Assembly: GCA_051362555.1 (NCBI GenBank)
Contig: CM120640.1
Coordinates: 22,492,225-22,556,224 of the forward strand
Length of the DNA: 64,000 nucleotides
Origin: Lingula anatina
Taxonomy: Eukaryota > Animalia > Brachiopoda
Direction of reading: 5' to 3'
In this document: positions 25,411-36,500 of the stretch, in pieces
Position numbering within the stretch: position 1 is the first letter of the stretch
How the letters are laid out: each line of letters begins with the position of its first letter
Position numbers and translations under genes: made by a program
The notes under the pieces: generated by a model
Databases searched by the model: none
What the model saw: the letters and a program-made list of their open reading frames with translations, nothing else
Told to the model about the DNA's origin: nothing

Positions 25411-25626
25411 ACACCCCATTTCCATAGATTAGATCGACCTACTTTAGATCGACCTAACTCCCTGGGGGTTCACGCTAAATAGCTGTCAGCCGGGCGGACA
25501 CGAAAGTTAATTACCCCCTTACAGCTTGTAGTAGGCGGGACGGACATTTAAGTCGGATTATCTGAAAGTAATCTAGTGAGACTCCCCGCAGGGATAGATC
25601 GATCTAAAATCTATGGGAATAGAGCC
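25411..25626. mobile_element. MITE family A, copy 2 (opposite orientation)
   Basis: Reverse-complement homology to 11961-12187. Confidence 0.7.
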
Positions 25627-27040
25627 AAAGAATGTGTTTTCACACTCGAGTTTACATAACTCCTTTGCCCTGTGTCTTTATCAAGGTTGTAATCAGTTTG
25701 AAGAGGGTGTCTTGCCTCACTTTAAAAGGGAGTTGTTCTTCATACTGGCTGTTGCCTAACTTATGCTAACCTACTTTGTACAAATATGGTTTTAATAAAT
25801 CGCCAAAATTATGACACTAGTGAACATTGTGTATCAAACGTTTTGATACGATTAAATAAATGTGCAAGAAGGATTACGGAATGAGTTACTACTGTATTTA
25901 CCTCTGGCGCAAACTTCGCCCTGCTACATAAATAAACAAATGTTGCAGATCGTAACAAAAAAAAAAAATATATTGTTGTCTTTGTAGTGTTTTTATGACA
26001 TATGATTTACATATGTCTTTAACGAATCACCCGACGTTTACTATGCCCCCCCCCACGCGCCCCCCCAAAATGCTCTTTTGAATTCGAAATGGATTGTTTT
26101 TAAGGTAAAGAGGTCCAATACCCCTTTCATTACTCAGTCATTGTACAGCATGTTGTAATCAATATTTAAAAAAGTTAATTTTTGTTACTCCACTTTTCAG
26201 TGTTTATTGTGGTGCTTTCATCGGGGACACCGCCTGTTGAGGTTACAATTACGTCGCTAGCCTATCTCCATAGGTTACTGGAATATATTTAAAGTGATAA
26301 TAACTCTTCGTTTCGGCCAAAAAATGAATTTTCCTGGAGTAAACAACAATTTTCCCATACTTACCAATGGTTAATGAATCCATTTTTACATTCAAAGTTA
26401 GTCCCTGGTTTTTTTCTAAAAAGTTTGGTTTTTTGTTAAAATCTCTTAAGAGATTTTAGCAGAGTATAGCCATCAATGGAGGTCACATGGTCTAAAGACA
26501 AGCTCAGATATCAGAATAATAGCTATAACTGCCGTTTTTGTGGTAAAACAGAATATATTATATTTCTGTGAGTTATTCACAATGTTTTTATTATGAAATA
26601 TAGATCTCATATGAAGAGTTATTATCCCTTTAAGTGCACGTAAAGTATTGTAAAGTCTCTATTGTCACACATCATAGATACTGAATTTTGTCTTGAATGA
26701 AAAAATACCCTCAAATTATCGTTTTGTGCTTAAACCTTTCATAACTTGGACCGAGGTTTGATATACAGTGTACTGTAGCTACTATGACATTCCTTGGGAC
26801 TGCTGGGGGAGGGGGGGGGGGGGGGGCATTTATTTGATAAACGAGGAGTCTACCTGTAAAAGCAGCAGCAGTGGTTTAAATGATCGCTATCTCGGTTCCT
26901 TTTTCTTTGACAGCATCATAGAAAATGTTGAGGGAGAGAGTCACACATACCCCCCGACGTTGTTTTGTCTTCAGCATTTCCTCCTTCTTGCTTACTGCAA
27001 TAAAGGGTACCGGAGAAGATCAGCATTGGTCAAAATTGTG

Positions 27041-27156
27041 CCGGAAGTGTGACGTCAAATGGTGTTAGAAGCGAAGCTGAGTGGTCATTTTAACCTGGAG
27101 GTGAACGGGAGAGAAGACGTGTAGTCGGAGGAAAAAGAAGTTTTCTAAACAACCTG
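27041..27156 (+). promoter_or_regulatory. Candidate promoter and non-coding first exon of the PARP14-like gene
   Basis: CCGGAAGT (ETS) next to TGACGTCA (CRE) at 27041-27057; donor CTG|GTAAGA at 27156/27157. Confidence 0.45.
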
Positions 27157-27193
27157 GTAAGATCACTCTCTTTTTTTCGCATTTTGGGCAGAG

Positions 27194-27749
27194 AATACTT
27201 GTAGAAATAATAGATGCATGATATGAAAACGTGACACGGAACTTGAAGGTGCAAAATCACCTTTGTCTTGGCATTTGTCACTGATTAGCGCCTTCCCCCG
27301 GTGTAAAAGGTGTATTAGTGTGATCATATGTGTGGAATTTCATGTCAGATGGACATATAAAGATCTAAAAATTCGTCAAAATACTGAAAAAAGATACAGC
27401 TTTGCACAGCAGTCGGAGATCGGTACGATTCAGTTGTTAGTTACGAACTACTTCCTGGTTTTCATAAGGTCCTTCAAGACCTCTAAAACATCGTTATAAT
27501 TGCAGCCCATACCATAAAACACCCTAAAATACTTAGATATGGACATATCAGATTATATTAATGCCAAATTTTCACATGACAACGATTTATCGACTCCCGG
27601 GAATTATTTTCCTTTTACGCTCTTTGTCGCGCTGGCGGTCAATGCAGCATTTATTACAAAACATGTTGACCGCAAATTAAGCACAATTTTGCACCTTCAA
27701 GTTCTGTGTCACGTTTTCATATCATGCATCTATTATTTCTACAAGTATT
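27194..27749. repeat. ~65-bp inverted repeat pair (27194-27257 / 27686-27749) around ~430 bp
   Basis: AATACTTGTAGAAATAATAGATGCATG... vs ...CATGCATCTATTATTTCTACAAGTATT; no TSD seen. Confidence 0.75.
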
Positions 27750-28902
27750 AACAAGATCTAGCGAAACGTTTTATCGCCATGCGTTCAAGTCTGATAAATC
27801 AGGAGATTTTTATTCTAAATCGGGGAATCAGGAGATATATCCCTAGATGGGGAGATTTTCGAGGCCGGTAGTGTTGTAAGGTCTGAGGACTTTAGTCTGT
27901 AAAATGTGAAGGCTAGCATAGATAATCATACAATGAATGGTATCATACGTGCCTTAGATCTTCAGTGTGTGCAATAACGAGTGACTCAAAAACGGCAAAA
28001 TGTAAGCAAGGCGGGGTGTGTTTGCTTATGGGGGGGGGGGGGGGCAGTTAGTGGTATTTGTTTGTGTAGTTGGCTAAAATAAAATAGTCCAGAATAGTGT
28101 ACGTACACGTTTACGAAGTTGAACATGGAAAAGTTTTCAACTGATAATAAAAAACATCAGGCTAAAAACGAAATAGAATGTTTAGAAATTTAAACTGTTA
28201 CTCTGGTGGCTTTGCATCATGGCTATGAATCTGACATGGAGTTTAGTCCGAAATATTAGTGAATTTAGAATTAATAGCTAAAATGTTAATTGACATCTGT
28301 CCTAATTTGTCAGATAACATAAAATCAAGGGGAGGATAAGCTTACTTAAGGTAGGGACGACAAACAGTGACGATGTTTTTCTGAAATTAACAACTTATCT
28401 GCCTGACAGTGCACCTGTATAAGTTACGAAAAGGCCCTTTTCAACAGGCGTATTTTATTAATTACTTCATGTCACAAAGTTAATTTATGATAAGGCATTG
28501 GGTGGAGGCACTGTGCGGAAACAGACCTGCAGAATGCTGGAAAAACTACATTGCTGTGATGAACCAAGCTAACGGAGGGCTGCGATTTTATGAAGAGCGA
28601 AAGCGCAAGCTTCGTGAAGATCAACACTAAAGATCACCGTTTATTCACCGACTTATATTTCATACAAGCTCACAAGAAATTATATTCAATTTTCTGTACT
28701 GATCACACATTTATTTGTTTTTGTTCTATTGTCTTTTGGGTGATTAGCACGTGGCAGAAACATTGAATTACATCGTGTAATGAACTCATCAAACCAAACT
28801 GTTTTATCTGTCACGTGCCCTCTTTTGCCAACTTAAAAACAGCTGCTATTCTTGTTGCTTCTTAAGAAAATTAAACTTGTGGCCAATAACTCCCTATCAT
28901 AT

Positions 28903-29450
28903 ACTTTTTTATGTACACACACAGATGTGTCTGTACATATTGCCATCACCTGCGTCTGTCGTCGCCGTCGCCGTGCACTTTCAGCGTTAACACCATAAGT
29001 GGAAGACAGTTTTACTTTTTGGCTTTATATTTACAGAGCTGAGGAATATTCATAAAATGCAGCTCAAGTTCGAAAATCAGCACGATCGGGCCATTATTGT
29101 AGAATTTATGCTGTTTTTTTTTCACTTTTCAGCATATATGCAACACTGTTAACACATTTCAAGGAAAACTGTGTTACTTATTATTATTTTCAACTTACAA
29201 GTATGATTTTTAGGATTGGCATGCTGTCCAATTAGAAAGCCAGCTCAATTGGGTTATCATTTATTATTGAATTTATGTAGTTTTGTGTGAAATTTTCATT
29301 TTTCTCATTCTGGCATTTTCAAAGTGTGAACTTGAACTCCCATCGGCCTGAAGCCTTATGCTTGTTACACATCTTACTTACATTGGTATTATCTGTTGAG
29401 CATAATTAAAATTTGATGTTGAATTTGCAGTTATGCATAATATACACTAT
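28903..29450 (+). mobile_element. Degenerate HINE-like element
   Basis: TTTTTATGTACA...TGTACATAT 5' hairpin, then a (GTC/GCC)n microsatellite and a CAAGTTCGAAAAT unit motif; end approximate. Confidence 0.35.
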
Positions 29451-30063
29451 TTTGTGCATTGTTATTTTCTGCTTTTTGTCTGTACATTCGACAGCTTTGC
29501 TGCCTTGTTTTTTTCAGTCGGCCCATTAGATTCTCAGACCTTGCTGGCCTGTGAGTGGAATAGTATCTGGCACAGACTGGTATCGGCAAGTCAGATAAAA
29601 AAGAATATAATTATTTATGTATTGATATTATGTCCTTTGGCAGTGAGGACAGACGTTCACTTGAATGTCATTTTCACAAATCACAGTTGGGACGTTTTCT
29701 TTTGACTTCTCCTTGGTGATTTTTCACTGGGTTGTTAAAAAAAAAAAGCCATCTATCACCGACTCAAAAAAAACTCATGATGACCATCCTCGGTCACCAC
29801 CTTATAATCGCTTTCTATGATATCATTCCCTTCCAGCACATCGTCCAAATAATTACCTGTAAAAAAATTGTCAGCATACAGCGCTGCTTTGACACTACTA
29901 ACACGAAATAACGCATATGAAATTAATCTCCAAGCTGAGGAGAGCGACGCAGGCGAAACCTTGAGACAGGAGGCCCCCCCGTAGCTAGCTCCGCCCACCG
30001 TAACAGACATCGGACAATAGAGAGGCTTGCGTGTAATCTCCTTCTGTTTATTATAACTCCTTG

Positions 30064-30305
30064 ATTGTACTTTGAAAATAAAAAGTGAGTGGTGCCCAGG
30101 GATATAAGGATTTGCATTGTTCTAAAGGAACTGGACATGCATAGGTCACATTTGAAAGTCCAGAGGGTAACCTTTACATCAGTCAGAATAGATGCATTTT
30201 CAGATTTTATATTTTATGTTTAAACACTAATACATGTTTTTATTTCTAAGTAAAGGTGCTGCCAACTTTGTGAAGGAGGAACAGGAAAGTTACCATTAGA
30301 TGGAT
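30064..30305 (+). pseudogene. Degenerate duplicate of PARP RRM exon end, intron and next exon start (paralog of 34267-34520)
   Basis: GGTCACATTTGAAAGTCCAGAGG|GT and GTGCTGCCAACTTTGTGAAG are shared; the copy has stops and indels. Confidence 0.75.
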
Positions 30306-30529
30306 ATTGTTATGATTTTGTTGAAAAAATGATGCTGTAACATGTTTTATATAGTCTATTCAAAACTCTTTTTGTAACCCATTTTATGAGCTTTCTTAAA
30401 GGATTATCTGTGCTAGGGTAAGCCATTATGATGAGATGCATTTTTATGACTCATATAATTCCCTTGAATAATAAACGGACCAAGCAGGTGTTTGGTTTAT
30501 TCTAATCTCTTTGATTTTGTTTTACTTAG

Positions 30530-33500
30530 ACCCTACAGGAGGTACATGTACTTCTGAGACTCTTAAAGCAACCAGCAACAGGCCAGTCAATGTTGCATAC
30601 CAGGGAGCAAGCAATCCCCCACCCACATCCAGTGCATATGTGCAATATGGCTATGGAGCAGTGCATTCAGAAAGCACAGGGAAAACATCAAATCATAATG
30701 AAGTTTATGGAGGATATCCTCCTCAGCCATTTTACCCATACCATCAACCTATGCCTGGAAAGCCAACTGGTTATACCTACATCAATGGATTGTGGTATCC
30801 GATCCCTCAGCGTAATGATGTGCAGTCACAGCAAAGCATACCACCTGCCCCACAGTATGGCCAGCATATGCCCCAAGATCGTCAGAATGCTGCCCACATG
30901 TACAGTTGCATGCAACACAGTGGCCAAGGGTTTAGTCCCTATATGATGCAACCAACAGGAAATCACCCACGCAAACAGAATAACCCACACATGGTCCAAC
31001 AACAACAAAACATAGGTTTCCATAATAGCCAGCATCCCTCTCAAGAAGCACAACATTTTGGATTCCATGGTGCCAGACAGCCACAAAATCCCACAGATCC
31101 TGGTTTCATTTACAGCAGGCATTTTACAGAGCAACAGCAGAATTCTGGTTCTTCTGAAAATTGGCCATTCACTCGGAAACCACCGCATTTTGACTCCAGA
31201 GCTATGCCTGAGCAACAACTAAACAAAGATGTCCATGATAGCCAGCATCCCTCTCAAGAAGCACAACATTTTGGATTTCATGGCGTCGGACATTTTCCCA
31301 GGAAGCCACAACATCCCGTATATCCCAGTTCCATTTATACCCAGCTACAGCAGAATTCTGGTTCCTCTGAAAACAAGTCACTTACTCAGAAACCACCACA
31401 TTTTGACTCAAATGATGTCAGAGCTATGTCTGAGCAACCACAGGATGTAAGAACCCAAAATGCCCCTAATGTGTCTCCACAACAAGAACATACATTGAGA
31501 ACACCAGCTCAGGGCGTTTTTGCTTCTGAAAACTCTGCTGTTGAAGGTAAGGATAACACCATCTTTGTATTTGTGCATATTTAGCTCAATTAATGATGTT
31601 TGTATTTGACCTAATAGAAATCTTCATAGTAGTATGAATAAATGTAATCTTGTTTTCTGTAAGATCTTTATTGATGGAGATTGTTATCATTTTTGGTGAA
31701 AAAAGATGCTGGTCGTAACATGCTTCATAGAGGGCATTTCCAGAGATTTAGATTGATCTTACTAGATTGACCTAACTCCCTAACTCCCTAACGACCTAAC
31801 TCCCTTGGGGTTCACGCTAAATTGCAGTCAGCCGACCCAGTTAATTACCCCCTTACAGCTTGTAGTAGGCGGGACGGACATTTAAGCTGGATTATCTGAT
31901 AGTAATCTAGTGAGACTCCCCACGGGGATAGATTGATCTAAAATCTATGGGAATGCGCCCATATAGTCTATTCAAAACTCCCCTTTATACAACCACCACT
32001 TGTATGAGGTTTCTTTAAGCATTGATTGTGCTAGGTACGGTATTATGCTGAGGTGCATTTTTAGACTTGAATATTTTGAATGGGCCAAGCAAGCGTTTGG
32101 TTTATTCTCATCTATTTGATTTTGTTTTACTTAGAACCTACCATGCCATCTGTAGAACAGTCCAGTGAAGCCACCACAAGTCAGCAGTTAGGGGTGTTAG
32201 TTCAAGGCATTGGGACAGACATCAGTAAGGACCACTTGGAGATGTATTTTGAAAGTGAAAAGGGGAGTGGTGGTGGTCCAATAGAAGACCTAGATTACAC
32301 ACCTGGCACTGGCAAAGCTATCATCCATTTCAAATATGCCAGGGGTGAGTTTGACCAGAGTCTTATTTTGTGAAGCTAAGTTGTAAAATAAATTATAATG
32401 AATATATAATTGCTATGAAACCCAACTGTTCTTATTAGAACTGTGCATTGGTATTATTTGGTACAAAACTGTACACCTTTGGCTGGGGGTCTTCAAGCTT
32501 CTCTAAGGCCCCTTTCAGAATGAAAGATCCGAGTATTAACTGTTCTACAGCTCAAATATGGCAGACCGTACCTGAAAGGAAGTCCGCTTAATCCTGTAAT
32601 GGTCTCTCCGCCTCTCACATGCCTCCGTATGTGTTGTCCTTGCAGGGACACAGTCATTTTAAATCTCGGCTCTATTCAAACAGAAGATATCTGAGAAAAA
32701 TTAAGTGCGCATGTCCATCAGTTTTAACTCGAGGTGAACAAAACATGGCAGCTGAATGAGTTTATTCGTTGTAGTTATAGGCCTCTGACCTAAAATACAT
32801 AACAAAAATACAAAACAACATAACAGAATTACATCATATATAATCAAGGTTATATGTGTACATACAGAAATAAATTATGAATATACCATACATGTACAGT
32901 ACAACAGGCCATAGCCAGGGGGGGGGGGGTTCAGGGGGTTCGAAAGAACCATCCTTTTTGCTGGGAAAAGGTCCGCTCTGGGTAAAATTTGATCTATGTA
33001 CTTGAGGATTTTATGGTAAAAGGTCCACTTTTTTAGAAAACGACCCCCCCCCCCCCCTCATAAATTGCTGGCTACGGGCCTGTGCAAGTATTTCATTTAC
33101 CTATACGGATGGTTAACATTGTTATCTACAATATCACTTCTTAATGCAAAGGCGTTCAATAAAAATCTAGTCAGTGAGAAAATGCTGTCTTCGTTCTCAT
33201 CAGACATTACAGTTGTAAACAAATATTTATTTGGAAGGCGGGTTGTCCATTCAGTTCTAAAGTATTTCAATCTGAATTCGTCGTACAAGGGACATAAAAG
33301 TAAAAAATGCATTTCGTCTTCTACCGTGTGAATGCCTAGTCTGAGACATAGAGGGCAAAACCCTTGATCTCTGTCGATTTTTGTATAATGGCCTCTTTCG
33401 ATCATGAGCTCATGACTTGAGCAATGAAAATTTGAAAGGATTTTTCTTTGCTTAAAAGTTAAAGGCAATGAAAGGTATCGCTCAGGATTTAAAGTGCTTT

Positions 33501-36500
33501 GGAAGAGTTTATAACTGATGCATTTAGACGATACATTAATATCAGTTAATATAGTTTGTTGTGCAGTCTACTATTCTAGTTCTAAATAAACTTAAGAATG
33601 CTTCTGCATTGTCGATCTCATTCGCTATCCAGACGTATCCAAAACCATAATGAAATAATTTTTAACGCAAGTTGCCCAGGATGACCTTCCTTCAGTGTCT
33701 AAATGGCATAACATAATATGTTTACGGAGGTAATATCAGCAGAGATACGACCCAAGACCCATGAGCATACGCACTTAATTTTTCTTAGGTAGCTTCTGGT
33801 TGAATGGAGCCGAGATTTAATGACTGTGCCCCTGCAGGGATGACACGTGGAGAGGTGTGTGAGAGATGGAGAGACCATTACAGGTTTAGCAGTCTTCCTT
33901 TCATGTAGGGTCTGCCATATTTGAGCTGTGGACCAATTATTACTCAGCTCTTTCATTCTGAATGGGGCCTAAGTCATTTATTCAAATATGTCTGGAGTTT
34001 CTGAACCCACTAGCATCAGAGTGACTTGACTTTCAAATGAATATGAAGTCACTTTCTATAACTCAAATCTCTCTTGGCTCAATTTAAACAAAGCATCCAA
34101 ATTATTCTGAATTTTTCCATATTTTAGTGGCTGATAGGTTAGTTAAAAGAGGAACTATGACCATGAAGGATTCAACTCTAAACATCAGCTGGCTGCCAGA
34201 ACCTAATGATGCATGCACAGTCATTGTGACTGGTATCCAGCATTACACAACTGAGGATGCTATAAGATTGTACTTTGAAAATGAAAAGCGTAGTGGTGCC
34301 CAAGGGTACAAGGATTTGCAGCATTCTGAAGGAAGTGGACATGCTTTGGTCACATTTGAAAGTCCAGAGGGTGAGTTTTATATCAGTCAGAATATTATAC
34401 AGCTGTATTTCTTAGATTTTATATTTTTTTGAGCTTAGAACGTAATTATATTTTTAAATTCTAAATTCAGGTGCTGCCAACTTTGTGAAGGCAGGAACAG
34501 GGAAGTCACCATTAGATGGAGCCACTTTACAGATTTCTTGGCCTACTACTGAGGATACAGCTGCCACCAATCAAATGGGAAATGGTCAAGGCACTGTCGT
34601 GGTAGTTGGAATCAAAACTACTACAAAAGAGGAGATGTTGAAGATGTATTTTGAGAGTCAGCGTCGAAGTGGAGGTGGTCCTGTAAAGCAATTAGTATAC
34701 AAAGAAGGCAGTGGACAGGCAGAAATCACCTTTGAGAAAGTTGAGGGTAAATTATCTTCCAATTATAAAAAAATTCCAAAAAAGTAAATTTCTTGTATAT
34801 ATACTGCACTCTGCTGCACATTAGTGTGGTCTACAATAGATAACAATATGTCTGGCCTTTTTTTTTTGTCCTGATAAAGGGTACTGTAACTGTAAGGGTT
34901 TATTATCATCCACATGCCGAAAATGAGTTTTTTCCTGTATCTAATTATTCAATTTTGCATCAACCTTTGTACTGATTTAAAACAATAGAAATCCCTTGGA
35001 AATATATGAAATATTGGTTGAATTAGAACATTGACCATTGTCAAGCGCAATGACTCTTCTCTCTGATGTTTGACAGCCAAAATACTGACAAAAATAAAGT
35101 GCCAAATGGCATTTTTACTCCTATATTTACCTTTTTTATAAAAAGGCAGGTTACTTACATAGGTCATCATGATCAGATTATTTTCTCAAAGCATTTTTTT
35201 CATAATTATTTTCATATATATTTTCATAATGTTTGCCCTAAAAGTGCCAAACTGAATTTTAGTTTTGCTGATAGGTTTTGATAAAAATCAGATTATTTTC
35301 ATGAATGCCTTTTTATCAATTATATTGTTTAAATGCATTTTTGTGGTTGGGAATTTGTGCATTTACAAGTTCTGTTTAGTTGATTGTTCTAATGGAAAGT
35401 GAAGAAATACTAAAGATTTGTGATGGCATTTGCATAATACATAGGAACAGAGAAATTCTTATTAAAATATGAGAACTGACATGAAAACTCATTATACTTT
35501 CTTTCAGATGCTACCAGTGTTCTGAAAAATTCCAAAAAAATGGCTCTCCAACTTGATGGTGAGAAGTTGAAAGCTGTGTCATCTTGTCCTTTACCCTTGA
35601 ATCCAAAGCTTCTGCTCTTTTCAAATCTGGTTCAATACAAACCAGACCTAAAATTCACCTTGATGTTGTACTTGGAAAATATCTCTGGGATAGATGGAAA
35701 AGACATCACTCTTATGTATGGTGAAAGCCCAAGGGTCCTTTTGGTGAAATTTTCAACAGATATTGGTAAGCTTAGAGTTCTGTCTGCTGATTGATGGAAT
35801 TCCCATTGATGGAAAGGTTGATAAATTTGATTTTAGGCTTAAACTGACAAGTACTTTGTTGTTCTCATACATATATTAATTTGTGAATTATTTTGAATGA
35901 TTTTTTGTTGTAAACATTTTTAGTAAATCCATTACTACACCGTATATTGTAATGGTACTTACAGAATATTTATAAGTCATCAAAATTATCTATGGATTTA
36001 AAAAAAAGTTTTATAGGTTAAAGAAGAGATAATTACATTAAATGTTGATCATGATATTAGCTCTTGAATGAATTCTAACTATACACAGCACACTGTACAC
36101 TGTAACAACACATTATGAAGAATTGTATAAATTGTTTAACTCATGAAGAATTGTATCAATTGTCCATTGTATAAATTGCTTTTTAGATTTTGCGTCATTT
36201 AAAGAGAAATGCATGGAGAGAAGAGCAAAAGGCAGAGATGGTGGTTTGGGTGAATTCAATGTAGAACCTGTCTTATATCCAACTGCTGTTCAAGCACATG
36301 GTTTAAAAGGAACTACTACAGAATACATCATTCAACTGCACTTTGAGAAACTTGGGTGTAGCTGTAAAGTGAATATGGTTTCTAAAAAAAGAACCAGAGT
36401 GGCTGTGATTATTTTTGATGATTACAAAGGTGATTATTGTTATTGGACGGAGACCATTGTTTTTTATATTTGAAACAAAAATGGAGGCACATGTAACATC

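Larger units (their letters stand above)
32507..33969. mobile_element. Harbinger-like MITE with ~215-bp TIRs and TAA TSD, containing a LINE fragment
   Basis: TAA|GGCCCCTTTCAGAATGAAAGA...TCTTTCATTCTGAATGGGGCC|TAA. Confidence 0.85.
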
